NCBI RefSeq assembly: GCF_001194135.2
Contig: NC_068988.1
Location: forward strand, 4,252,157 to 4,316,156
From: Octopus bimaculoides
Lineage: Eukaryota
Length of the DNA: 64,000 nucleotides
Reading direction: 5' to 3'
In this document: one piece after another, positions 39,217 to 52,203 of the stretch
Position numbering within the stretch: the stretch's first letter is position 1
Layout: every line of letters begins with the position of its first letter
The notes under the pieces: generated by a model
The model's input: the letters and a program-made list of their open reading frames with translations, nothing else
Told to the model about the DNA's origin: nothing
Databases searched by the model: none
Translations under genes and position numbers: made by a program

Positions 39217-39318
39217 GGACCCTGAGGAGATGGAGTATCCTATATTTTATAATATTTTATAATATTTTATGATATGTATTAATCATTCTGGATGTTCTAT
39301 CGAAATGTACATAGGTCT
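39217..39318 (+). ncRNA. Canonical type-I hammerhead ribozyme
   Basis: Stem I GGACC/GGUCU; CUGAGGA 39222-39228; 12-bp stem II (39229-39240 with 39290-39301); GAAA 39302-39305; palindromic stem III AUGUACAU; predicted cleavage after A39313 (AUA). Confidence 0.85.
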
Positions 39319-39491
39319 ATTTATTTGTTATTATTATTGTTATTGTTGTTGCAAAATAGTATTTTCAACGGATCAATTTTGAGCTCTATTTAAAGTTGAT
39401 ATATATTCAAAAACTCAACTGTGAGTTTTTTGCTAAGATTGTTAACAGATACTATATTTTTTAATAAATTTTTTGGTTAAAAAAATATATA

Positions 39492-39580
<89 letters not shown>

Positions 39581-40505
39581 AACATATCTACATATATATA
39601 TAAATATATACACACATACACACACACACACATATATATATGTACATAATACATACATATGTATATACATATGTATGTATGAATATGTATGTGCGTAGAA
39701 AGAGATAAGCACTTCATAGATGCTACGATAAGAAAATCTTTGTATACTCTCCTAGCAGTACATTTAGTGGTGCACTAATATATATGTACATAATCAACAT
39801 TTATACTTTAGAAGTGCACAACTATGTAGGTATATGTATACATACATGTATGTACGAGAGAGTAAGTACATGTATGCATGTATCTACTAGTGTTTAAGTA
39901 TGTATATGCATCTGAAGGTGTATATACATGTCTGGATATATGTGAGCAATGGTATTAGTGTATGTTTTNNNNNNNNNNNNNNNNNNNNNNNNNNNNNNNN
40001 NNNNNNNNNNNNNNNNNNNNNNNNNNNNNNNNNNNNNNNNNNNNNNNNNNNNNNNNNNNNNNNNNNNNNNNNNNNNNNNNNNNNNNNNNNNNNNNNNNNN
40101 NNNNNNNNNNNNNNNNNNNNNNNNNNNNNNNNNNNNNNNNNNNNNNNNNNNNNNNNNNNNNNNNNNNNNNNNNNNNNNNNNNNNNNNNNNNNNNNNNNNN
40201 NNNNNNNNNNNNNNNNNNNNNNNNNNNNNNNNNNNNNNNNNNNNNNNNNNNNNNNNNNNNNNNNNNNNNNNNNNNNNNNNNNNNNNNNNNNNNNNNNNNN
40301 NNNNNNNNNNNNNNNNNNNNNNNNNNNNNNNNNNNNNNNNNNNNNNNNNNNNNNNNNNNNNNNNNNNNNNNNNNNNNNNNNNNNNNNNNNNNNNNNNNNN
40401 NNNNNNNNNNNNNNNNNNNNNNNNNNNNNNNNNNNNNNNNNNNNNNNNNNNNNNNNNNNNNNNNNNNNNNNNNNNNNNNNNNNNNNNNNNNNNNNNNNNN
40501 NNNNN

Positions 40506-40542
<37 letters not shown>

Positions 40543-41069
40543 CACATATCTAATTCAATAAGATTCCAGTCAAAACCTTGTGGTATGCTATGCAAAGCAA
40601 ATCCACAGTTATTGGCTACCTGATGTTATCATACAGTGCTCCTGTTACTGGATATACATAAGGAATTCCATAGCATTCATAGAGTTTATATAAATAGATA
40701 AATACTAGAAAATGGAATGAACAACATTCTTCATTTAAAATCACTACAATTGTTTCGATACATTTTTATACTCATAGTACCTTGGTAAGACATTGTGTAG
40801 ATATTGTCATGAATCCAAGGAGTAAAATGTGCCCCTTTAATTGATCACTTGAATCTTTCATCAGATCCTACTGTCATTTCACTCAGTGTGAGGATGCATA
40901 TCCAAAGCAGTGTGTTATTTTCAGCAGTTTGGAGTCAACAAGGTGTATGGTTGGAGAGTTATTTTTTAATCACTACAATTGTTTCCACCCAATGTGTTTC
41001 TCCAAAAATACAGGTATTTGATTATGCAACTGTTTGTTTGCATAATGCAATCTAGTTGTGTTTCCTCAG

Positions 41070-41135
41070 GTGATATTCAAGTGTTGTCTCCCTCGACCAG
41101 ATCGCAGCCTACCACCAAACACAAGTTGGATATAC
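41070..41135 (+). other. Candidate 66-nt exon
   Basis: ttgtgtttcctcag| acceptor; weak C|gttaag donor. Confidence 0.35.
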
Positions 41136-41422
41136 GTTAAGTATATGTGGTTCATAAACAGTTACACTAGCACTGCTTGTATTTCATATTTGAATGTGTG
41201 TGTGTGTGTGTGTACATATAAGGGACTTCTTTAAATCAGAAGACTTTCCCCATATAAGGTGTATAGTAGAAAACACCTGGTGGAGGTGCTACATGGTGGG
41301 ACTGAACCCAGAGCCATGTGGCTGAGAAGGTAACTACTTACCACTCTTGCACCAATATATGTATATATATGTGGAAGTAGGAGGGAAAGGGGTGAAAGAA
41401 ACAATGCATGAAATTATGCTTT

Positions 41423-41477
<55 letters not shown>

Positions 41478-41892
41478 ATATGTGTATTCGTGTCTGTTCA
41501 CTATGATATTTGTATGCAATGCTTTGTGTTACTGGACATAATGGGAAACTATGTTTTGTTATCACAGTTTTATCACATAATTACTAAGTTTGATAAAATC
41601 TTAAACAGCATTCCTTATCTAATATCACATTATAGCACAAAAGAGAATCATAAATGTTCTTTTATTAGAAATTTCAAATCAGATGAAAAATATTATCATA
41701 CACTATAATGTTCCTGAAGTTGTTCTTGTTGTTGTAGTTTGTTTTTATTATTGTTATAGATTTTTTTTTTGCTTTTTATTATTATATTAAATTGTGAAAT
41801 ATTTCAATATTGCCAGTTATTGTGCTCAAAACAAAATCCTGGAATCTAATCTTCATAATTAATTCAAAAAAATTTGTCATAATTGATCATAT

Positions 41893-42200
41893 TCAAATCA
41901 TTTCATAGGGTCTTTTGCTTTTTGCTTCCATTTTCTTTCTCAAAGGCCTGTTGGTAGCCATGTCAGCTGCAGATTGGACATCTAGGTAAATGGTTAACAC
42001 TTCATGTTCTGTAAGTGACGCTGAACTCTCTCCATGGCCAACGTAATTAACTCTCAATGACCATGCACAGAGAAGCATAATTTACCATTCTAAGTAGCAG
42101 CACCAATTTCAACCTCTGCTATGAAAGTGTCTACAAAATAATAGATTCCACTGATCTCACTTGAAAGTCAATAAGTCTTATCAGCTATTGATGGACAATT
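41893..42200 (-). pseudogene. Decayed CR1-type RT fragment
   Basis: VLTIYLDVQSAADMATNRPLRKKMEA resembles the CR1 VD.IYLDFQKAFD.V.H.RLL.KLEA motif. Confidence 0.5.
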
Positions 42201-44262
42201 TTGATAAGGAAAATTCAAGTTATTGATTAAATCATCTGACAATAGATAGATTATCAACAAGAGAACAGAGAGTAAATTTCAAAGTTTGGCAGTTCTTCTG
42301 CTCTTACCAACGATGTATTGTGTCCATCAATTGATATTTTAGCATGTCTAGCTGACACTAGAAACCACAGGATACTATAAGCAGGAGGAGCAATATAAAT
42401 CTGGCTAGTGTTGCATCCACTTGTAGTTCTGAGATCAAGTCCTCTAGTGGACAGGGCTCTGAAAGTATGGGACTAATGAGGCTTCAAGCTTTTATAAGAT
42501 AAAAGACAAATATTTACCCCAAATAAGATCCTGGTTTATTTCAGATGAAATTCTCAGATGATCTGAGATCTGCTCCCTCAGTTGACTTGCTAGAAATAAT
42601 TGTTGAATATCCCTCCAATCCCGTCCCACTGTTGAGCACACATTAATTAATTTAACCCTTTGGCAAAAAGACAAGATGGTCATGGCTGGTATGTCTGTGG
42701 TCATAAGCCTGTTTATTAGGGGCCAACTAAATAAAAGCAGTAACTTCCCTGGAAAATGATGAACATGTAGATAATATCTAAAGTGATGACCTTCTTAACA
42801 CAATGGGCTGTAAATCTCACACCCTTATTGTTCATTAGAGGAGTTATGTTGGCCAGTAAGGCATATTTGACAACATCATGAAGTTTTATATGGAGAACAA
42901 CTATTCAACCACATCTTTCATCTCTTTCATGTTCATATATCAATATAAGTATACTGCTCTCTCATCTCTCTCTCTCTCTCTCTCTCTTTCTTTCTCTCTC
43001 ATCTCTCTCTCTCTCTTTCTCTCCTCCCTCTACCAACTGCACCATTGTTATCCTGTCACTCCACTATATACCCATGTTTCATGCATTCATCACTTTCCCT
43101 CCCCCTCTCCCCATTTTGTACCTTTGTGAAATCCTTACTCACACACCCCAAGCAATCCTCTACCATTCCATTTATATTCACATCTTTGTACCATGAGAGC
43201 TTACCCTGGCACATCACAATCAACTCTCTCCCTCCCTCCCTCCCTCCCTCTCTCTCTCTCTCTTTCTCACTACCTCTTAATATTTTTCTCTCTCTCCCTC
43301 TCTATTCAGGTAACCTTCTTCTGTCTNNNNNNNNNNNNNNNNNNNNNNNNNNNNNNNNNNNNNNNNNNNNNNNNNNNNNNNNNNNNNNNNNNNNNNNNNN
43401 NNNNNNNNNNNNNNNNNNNNNNNNNNNNNNNNNNNNNNNNNNNNNNNNNNNNNNNNNNNNNNNNNNNNNNNNNNNNNNNNNNNNNNNNNNNNNNNNNNNN
43501 NNNNNNNNNNNNNNNNNNNNNNNNNNNNNNNNNNNNNNNNNNNNNNNNNNNNNNNNNNNNNNNNNNNNNNNNNNNNNNNNNNNNNNNNNNNNNNNNNNNN
43601 NNNNNNNNNNNNNNNNNNNNNNNNNNNNNNNNNNNNNNNNNNNNNNNNNNNNNNNNNNNNNNNNNNNNNNNNNNNNNNNNNNNNNNNNNNNNNNNNNNNN
43701 NNNNNNNNNNNNNNNNNNNNNNNNNNNNNNNNNNNNNNNNNNNNNNNNNNNNNNNNNNNNNNNNNNNNNNNNNNNNNNNNNNNNNNNNNNNNNNNNNNNN
43801 NNNNNNNNNNNNNNNNNNNNNNNNNNNNNNNNNNNNNNNNNNNNNNNNNNNNNNNNNNNNNNNNNNNNNNNNNNNNNNNNNNNNNNNNNNNNNNNNNNNN
43901 NNNNNNNNNNNNNNNNNNNNNNNNNNNNNNNNNNNNNNNNNNNNNNNNNNNNNNNNNNNNNNNNNNNNNNNNNNNNNNNNNNNNNNNNNNNNNNNNNNNN
44001 NNNNNNNNNNNNNNNNNNNNNNNNNNNNNNNNNNNNNNNNNNNNNNNNNNNNNNNNNNNNNNNNNNNNNNNNNNNNNNNNNNNNNNNNNNNNNNNNNNNN
44101 NNNNNNNNNNNNNNNNNNNNNNNNNNNNNNNNNNNNNNNNNNNNNNNNNNNNNNNNNNNNNNNNNNNNNNNNNNNNNNNNNNNNNNNNNNNNNNNNNNNN
44201 NNNNNNNNNNNNNNNNNNNNNNNNNNNNNNNNNNNNNNNNNNNNNNNNNNNNNNNNNNNNNN

Positions 44263-44290
<28 letters not shown>

Positions 44291-44338
<48 letters not shown>
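44291..44338. repeat. (GATA)n microsatellite
   Basis: Direct read. Confidence 0.97.
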
Positions 44339-45072
44339 TGTTATGTGGTGTACAGAAATTAAATATTGAGAAAAAGGTCATCTGAATTTTGGAGAAACAT
44401 TTTTTTATTTCTTCATTATTATTAGTACTTAGGTTCGTTTCTCAAACTTGTCAAATAGAATTTTTAACTTTCATTTTAGTAATTTGGAATTTTCTGATAA
44501 GGTTTTGATTGAGATCACTTTAAAACAGAAAGTTTGTATCCTAGAACTAGGGTGATCTCAAGTGGTTTGGTCTGAAAGGGGTTAAACCATCTAGCAACCA
44601 GGTGGTTTTCAAAATAACCGTAAAATATAATATAAGCTATATATTGCTTATACAGATGATTATGGAAATCAGAAGTGAAATAGTGGGGACCAGCACTGAA
44701 CAGAAATGATTTAGCTACAACAAAGATGACTGATTGAATTTCTAATCTGACTTTATAGTGATCAACAACGATAAAGATTATCACAAGAATCTTTGTTGCT
44801 TTATCAAGAATCAAATAAATTATATAGCTTAAATTTAAAACAGATAGCTTCATAAATCAGTAAATATCTCTATCCTAACTTTGTCTTTCATGGGTACATT
44901 GTTGATATGATCCAAACTAACTCAATTAAATTCTACCAACCTTCTAGATCATTCCACAGAATTAAAATGAACTGACAGTTAATAGCAAGAAATTAGCACT
45001 AGCATGAGTCCATTTAGAGTAAATGGTTCTGCAAACACCTCATAAACTGGATTCCATTTAATTTCATTCCAG

Positions 45073-45100
45073 TATATATCAACTTACTATTTCTCATTCA
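45073..45100 (+). other. Candidate 28-nt exon
   Basis: atttaatttcattccag| acceptor and A|gtaagt donor. Confidence 0.4.
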
Positions 45101-45337
45101 GTAAGTAATATCAGGGAAACCATGAAATTATTCTCATTTCTATTCTAAAATGCATTTGTCAACAGTTTAATTCCCCTCCTCAAGTTAGCTGGCATCCTTC
45201 TAACACCTACCACCACCATCATCACACACATACACCCCACCCACATACCCCCATTCACATACTCATGCACATTTACATATGTATTTTATAGGTATTCATA
45301 CATAAACACATTACATCTTTTGCTTTCTATATACATA

Positions 45338-45500
45338 TCATCATCATCATCGTCGTCTTTTAATGTTCGCTTTCATGCTAGCATGGATTGGACGATTTGA
45401 CTGAGGACTGGTGAACCAGAGGGCTACACCAAGCTCCAATCTGATCTGGCAGAGTTTCTACAGCTGGATGCCCTTCCTAACGCCAACCACTCAGAGAGTG
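45338..45500 (-). mobile_element. 5'-truncated RTE tail
   Basis: Near-identical to 50809-50980. Confidence 0.85.
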
Positions 45501-45532
45501 TATATATATTTGAAAAAAAAAAAAAGAATGAA

Positions 45533-45677
45533 TTCACTGGAAGTTCTAATCAGTCTAATTTATCATTTAAAAATTTTTTTAATAAAATAAATTTTAGTTT
45601 AAAGATCTAAGAACTAAAATTTACATTATTAAAAAATTAAGGAATAATAAATTAGACTGATTAGAACTACCAGCGAA
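45533..45677. repeat. ~145-bp hairpin/inverted repeat
   Basis: ttcactggaagttctaatcagtctaatttat... mirrored by ...ataaattagactgattagaactaccagcgaa; ~12-nt loop. Confidence 0.9.
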
Positions 45678-46310
45678 GATATTCTTATTCTTTTTCTAAA
45701 TATACCCATTTGTACCAAGCATCTCACACACACACACACACATCATCATCATCATCATCATCATCAGTAAATCATAAATTGGAAAAAGAAGCACACTCTA
45801 AGTTTGTGTGTGTGTGTGTGTATCAATGTAAGCTGCTAGCCCCAACACAAAGCCATACATGAAAAATGTCATTACTGTGACTGTGGGTGCTAAAAGTACA
45901 GTTATTGCTAGAAATAAGAGTTAAAACTCTTATAGCTGTTTGAAAAGCATATATATACATACTAGCAGGGTAGATAACTGTCCCATGAGCAAAGCTAGGA
46001 CACTGGACATAGTATATACATATGTATATACTTCCATACTTTATCATTCTTACTTACTTTACTCACTGGACTGCAACCAAGCTTTGGTACCCATTCAAGA
46101 CACTGTTGTTCTGTTTATACTCCATCTTAAATAAAATACGAGGCTGAAGTGGCTGGAACGTCTTCGATCATGGGTCCATGGTCAGTGATGGCTGGGGTGA
46201 AACAACAACTTGAAACATACAACATGAAATAAATGTTGAGGAAGGGGATGCTCTTCAATACACACATGTATGCTTGTGCCACAATACTCAGAGTATACAG
46301 TGTGTAAGAA

Positions 46311-46693
46311 GGCACAATGGCCCAGTGGTTAGGGCAGCGGTCTCGCGGACATAGGATCGTGGTTTCAATTCCCAGACCGGGCGTTGTGAGTGTTTATTGA
46401 GCAAAAACACCTAAAGCTCTACGAGGCTCCGGCAGGGGATGGTGGCGAACCCTGCTGTACTCTTCCACCACAACTTTCTCTCACTCTTTCTTCCCGTTTC
46501 TGTTGTACCTGTAATTCAAAAGGGTCAGCTTTGTCACACTGTGTCACACTGAATATCTCCAAGAACTACGTTAAGGGTACACATGTCTGTGGAGTGCTCA
46601 GCCACTTGCACGTTGATTTCACGAGCAGGCTGTTCCATTGATCGGATCAACTGGAACCCTCGACGTCGTAAACGACGGAGTGCCAACAACAAC
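46311..46693 (+). mobile_element. Near-intact tRNA-derived SINE with (CAA)n tail and TSD
   Basis: A-box TGGCCCAGTGG, B-box-like GTTTCAATTCC, CpGs retained; ACAGTGTGTAA at 46297-46307 and 46692-46702. Confidence 0.85.
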
Positions 46694-47399
46694 AGTGTGT
46701 AAAGTGGTTAGCAGCTGGAAGGGCATCCAGCTATTCAATGGTTCCCTGTTTTCTCTCAGCACATAACCTATTTGACATAAGATAGCAATCATCACACACC
46801 CCACAATTCTGTATTTTACTAATGCCAGGACAGACAATATTTCTCATCACATTCTCAGGGGTGTGGAAGAGAATCATACTGGGAAGAGAGGTAGGGGTCT
46901 CTTTAGCGTTCTTGAGACAAGTTATGTTGGGTAATACCAGGGAAGGAATGGAAAACATTTAGTCCTGGCTGAGCAAGACAATCTCTCATTCAGATTCATG
47001 GATAAAAGACATTCAGTAAACTCTGTGAAGTGGTTAGTGTTAGGAAGAGCATCCAACCAGGAAGACCATGTCTGAAAATGGAATCTACAAGCACAACATG
47101 ATCTTTCAGTCATCAAGGAAGGTAGCAACAGGAAAAAGAACTTATTTCAATTGTCTCACAACACACCAAACTATGCCAGATTGGTAAAGAAGGCACATAA
47201 TGATGATGGTGGTGGTGGCAGTGGCGGCAGTGGTGGTGGTGGTCTTGAAGATAATGAGGGTTGTAATGGTGATGGTAGTGGTGTAGAAATGATGAAGATG
47301 ATGATGATGATGATGATGCCAAAGAACCACAATTCTCCTCATAGCAGCACTCCATGAATTATTTAACAATAAATTTAGTTTGTTTCTCTTTGGTTTCAG

Positions 47400-47470
47400 A
47401 ATATTTCTACCAATATTTCAAGCTTTGTATGAATATTTGTGGAAATATATGAATCTTTGTATGAATACTT
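47400..47470 (+). other. Candidate 71-nt exon
   Basis: tttgtttctctttggtttcag| acceptor; T|gtaaat donor; open frame IFLPIFQALYEYLWKYMNLCMNT. Confidence 0.35.
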
Positions 47471-48036
47471 GTAAATGCTTTTGTTCATGCGATGGTTTTG
47501 TCGTGTGAATAAGCTAGTAGACACGATTCTTCTGCCAAACACAAATTCATCTCCATTTTTCCCAAACACCAGCATATATATTTCAGTATGCAATTTAAAA
47601 AAAACAACATATTTATATTATTTCTTTGTATTCTTGTTCTGCAAGTATAGATCAACATACATCTTATTTTATTTATTAAATTCCTGTTTAACCCTAGGTC
47701 AGTCCTGATGGGCAGACCCTCCATTCACTTTAACTTGTCACACATACCCACATCCATTCACATCAATTCTTCCTCTTCCTTCTCTTACATTTATGGTCAA
47801 TCACTGCTAAGGCATACATTGAACAATATTCACCTACTTCTAAATTCCACTGAGATTGACTTTACCTTTCATCCTTCCGGGGTTGATAAATTAAGTACCA
47901 GTTGCGTACTGGGGTCAATCTAATCAACTGGCCCCCTCCCCCAAAATTTTGGGCCTTGTGCAAAGAGTAGAAAAGAATATTCACCTATTTCTTCCTTCCC
48001 AGAACAATAGACCTTATGAATTTCCTCTCTGCCTGC

Positions 48037-48102
<66 letters not shown>

Positions 48103-48511
48103 GTGTATGTATGTATGTATGTATATATGTAGGTGTGTATGTATGTGTATATAATATATATATATATATAGATGAAGTATGAGGCTTCAGCAATTTCTTG
48201 CCAAACAACCACACAGGTGATCTGTTTATAGTGATCAAATGAATATGTTGCACGTGAGCTCACTCCCTCCATCATATCGACATTACCTGTACAGGTGCAC
48301 CATGTGCCACATGTCATGTTGAACTTTTTTCTTTCTTCCTTTTTTTTTCATTTTCTCTCCGTTTTTTTTATTCTTTTCCTCTTAATCCTTTCTGTGAAAG
48401 TGCGTAGGCTCAAAATGTAAAAAGACTTTTACATTCTTCCCAAGCATTAAACTAATACACCTGCTTGCTGTGCTTTCACTTGTCTTCATCTTTTATCTCC
48501 TGTAAATTGGA

Positions 48512-48565
<54 letters not shown>

Positions 48566-48666
48566 TGTTGACAAATATACATATGTATATATGTATATGT
48601 GTATACATATATTTATATATATTTATATATATATTGAAATTTATGTATGTATGCATGTATGTATGC

Positions 48667-48699
<33 letters not shown>

Positions 48700-48779
48700 T
48701 GCGTGTGTGTATGTATGTGTGCATGTATGTATATGAAAACAGAACACTAACCACATCAATCACACAATGGAAGACAACT

Positions 48780-49740
48780 GAAAAGATGTCACTATTGGAT
48801 GGTATATGTTAGAATGTCTTCATCCATAGTTCATGTTTGTCACATGATGGTGCGTAGGCCTTAAATAATGATTCCAACAAATGATTCCAATATAAAGAGG
48901 TTTGGTGGTGGGGTGAGCATATTATCATTTGCATTAAAGTAGCAGAGAAGAGGTTCTCAGTTTCCAGACAGAACTGTTTGAGAGACATTACAGTCTAACA
49001 CTGAGTTGATATATTTGTAAGTCAAACAACACACACTGTTAGTTTATGCTTTAAGAGGAAACTTTCAATGACATTAACAGATGGAATCCAACAGGAGGAA
49101 GCATAACAAGTAACTTCTTATGCGATATGTGATTGAAGACTTTGCTGGTACAATAGTATTATTATAACAACAGTGTTTTTGCTTAAAATTCAACCATATA
49201 TGATACAGAAAATTAAGAACTGCCAGGTAGGTCTAGCACTGTGAAAAAATTTCTCTTGATCACTGAGTAAGAAAATAGATTCATGGTAATGAAGAAGGTG
49301 GTTGTTTACTCATGGATTTATTTGCTTTGGGAGGGTTAGAGACGAGGTTTATAAGAAAGAAGCTGGAGTAGCAAAGCACAGAGAAGTGGAGAAGAATTTG
49401 GAAGAATTTTTGTTGTCTAGTGTGGAAACAGAGGCAAAACAGGTAGTAAATGGTGAGTCTTTATTTGCAGGTATCTTACAAAGTCAGCTTAGCTAAAGAA
49501 TGGTAGGTGGGAAAAGAAGTGAAAAGATTAGATTAACTAGATTTTAAGCAGCATGCTGTTCCAGGTTTGCAGCTTAAAATACATGGCTTCTATTTTAAAG
49601 AACATTAAGGCTTTGGTGAGATGAGATGAGGAATTTGGATGCTTCATTGAACTGATTGAGGAATTCCAAACAATCTTCTCCATTACTTTAAAAGATAGAT
49701 ATTAGATTGTAAGTTAAAATACAGGGCATTAAAATAGTCA
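48780..49740 (-). pseudogene. Heavily decayed CR1/L2/Jockey-group LINE ORF2 fragment
   Basis: Short residual similarity (FASVSTLD, KP-W-like segment) and strand-biased composition only. Confidence 0.35.
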
Positions 49741-50200
49741 CTGTTTTCAGGATACAAAGGATTTAGGGTCAAGAATATACTTCAGTGTGGTATTTATTTT
49801 ATCATTCTAATGAAAAGGTACTATTTTTTAATCATAATAGGATGCAACAAGGGTTGTTTACACAAGCTGGTAAATGTGGACACCAAACACACACACTCGC
49901 AGGGTTTCTACACAGTTTCCATCCACCAAGGCTTTTTGATCACGTGGAGCTACATAACAGCAAAGGAAACTTCTTAACTGCACAGTCATACTTGTTGCTT
50001 TCATTCCATATATTTATGTGACTTTTGTTTCCATGGCAACAAACTAGAAGACATTGAGAGCTTTAGGTGGATTTATAACTAAGAGAATTCGTGAAAATGC
50101 CAGTATTTTTAACTGTATCAATATATTCTACAAGAAAGAAATAGTATTATAAATGAAGAGAGCAACTGAAATTAGAAATAATATCTTTTATTTTACTTAG

Positions 50201-50276
50201 GTTGTTCCAGTTCTATGTGAATTCCGATTGCCAGACCCTGCTGTTCACAAAACCAATAGCTGCAGCAATATTTTCC
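50201..50276 (+). other. Candidate 76-nt exon
   Basis: atcttttattttacttag| acceptor; C|gtatga donor. Confidence 0.4.
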
Positions 50277-50808
50277 GTATGAAATAGGATGTTGTATTAA
50301 AATTGAAATACATAATATACTGTGAAGAGTTACAGACATAATTTTTTTTGAAAGATTTTTACAGTATACTTGATTTTTTCCAATAATAAATTTAATCGTA
50401 GAGCAGCTACATCAGAACATGTCAGGTAAAGAATAAAGTTTGCCGAATGAAGGTACGTACACTCATAACTCGATTTACTATGAATAAATCAAATATGTTC
50501 AGTGAATCAGTAAGCATGTCATTCACATAACAATGAGATACATAATAAAATTACTTTTCCTCCTCAAATATATTTTTATATTTCTTCTTCATTTATTTTT
50601 TATTTCCCTTGTATTCTACGTAAAAGGTAATTGACTGTACAATATTTTAACATCTGTATTTCCTACAAATCATTCACACAAATAGTCTTTTAAAGTTAAT
50701 AATAATTATTATATTAGGTTGATTTGCATGGGACTAATGCTGCTTTCATATTTCCTGAAAGTCTTTTGGTACAAAATGGTACCTAAATCTTACATCTGAG
50801 AATACATA

Positions 50809-51687
50809 CATCATCATCATCATCATCATCATCGTTTAACGTCTGCTTTCCATGCTAGCATGGGTTGGACGATTTGACTAAGGACTGGTGCAACCGGATG
50901 GCTACACCAGGCTCCAATCTAATTTGGCAGAGTTTCTACAGCTGGATGCCTTTCCTAACGCCAACCACTCAGAGAGTGTAGTGGGTGCTTTTACGTGTCA
51001 CCCGCACGAAAACGGCGACGCTCGAAATGGTGTCTTTTATGTGCCACCCGCACAAGAGCCAGTCCAGGGGCACTGGCAACGATCTCGCTCGAAAACCCTA
51101 CAAAGCCAGTCAGGCGGTACTGGCAACGGTCACACTCAGGATGGTACATNNNNNNNNNNNNNNNNNNNNNNNNNNNNNNNNNNNNNNNNNNNNNNNNNNN
51201 NNNNNNNNNNNNNNNNNNNNNNNNNNNNNNNNNNNNNNNNNNNNNNNNNNNNNNNNNNNNNNNNNNNNNNNNNNNNNNNNNNNNNNNNNNNNNNNNNNNN
51301 NNNNNNNNNNNNNNNNNNNNNNNNNNNNNNNNNNNNNNNNNNNNNNNNNNNNNNNNNNNNCCCAGGTCTTCCTGGGCCTACCTCTTCCACGGGTTCCCTC
51401 AACTGTTAGGGAGTGGCACTTTTTCACGCAGCTATCCTCATTCATTCTCACCACATGTCCAAACCAGCACAATCGTCTCTCTTGCACACCACTACTGATG
51501 CTTCTTATGTTCAGCTTTTCTCTCAAGATACTTACACTCTGACGGGTATGCACATTTACATTACACATCCAGCGGAGCATACTGGCTTCATTCCTTGCGA
51601 GCTTACGCATGTCCTCAGCAGTCACAGCCGATGTTTCACTGCCATGTAGCATGGCTGTTCGTACACATGCGTCATACAGTCTGCCTT
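50809..51687 (-). mobile_element. 5'-truncated RTE-clade LINE (RT C-terminus + 3' UTR + (GAT)n tail), interrupted by a gap
   Basis: GRLYDACVRTAMLHGSET...MLRWMCNV...RRLCWFGHVVRM...VEGTRGRGRPRKTW is the typical RTE C-terminal signature. Confidence 0.9.
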
Positions 51688-51779
51688 ACACACACATACA
51701 TGCATACACCCACATATATAATAAATACATATCCACACACACACGTAATATTTACAAGGATAAAGAACCCCTTCAGTCA

Positions 51780-52100
51780 TGAATGACCATGGGATTGCAC
51801 ATAGAAAATTCCCCTCCAAGACACAAGTCTGGGCAGAGCTAATTATGGAAGACCAGCAGTAGGCCATGCGTACCAGTCTTCCCTCTCCACATCCCCAATG
51901 TTATCCAAGAGAAAGGCAAAGTCTAATACAGCTTGGCACCAGTAATGTCACAACTCGTTTCTACAGATGAGTTAAGTGGAGAAACATGAAATAAAATGTC
52001 TTGCTCAAGAACACAACACACAGCCTAGTATAGGGATTGAACTCATTACTTCATGATTGTAAGCCTGATACACCAACCACTGAGCTATGTGCCTTCACAT
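51780..52100 (-). mobile_element. tRNA-derived SINE
   Basis: Minus strand gaaggcacatagctcagtggttgg...gagttcaatccc head; gttgtgttcttgagcaagac core. Confidence 0.7.
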
Positions 52101-52145
52101 ATACGTATACATCCATACACATATATATATATATATACATATATA

Positions 52146-52203
<58 letters not shown>

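Noticed and set aside
45399-45420. CUGAGGA followed by a CUGG/CCAG hairpin in RTE tails (also 63682)
   Set aside because: No GAAA or stem III follows, so it is not a hammerhead
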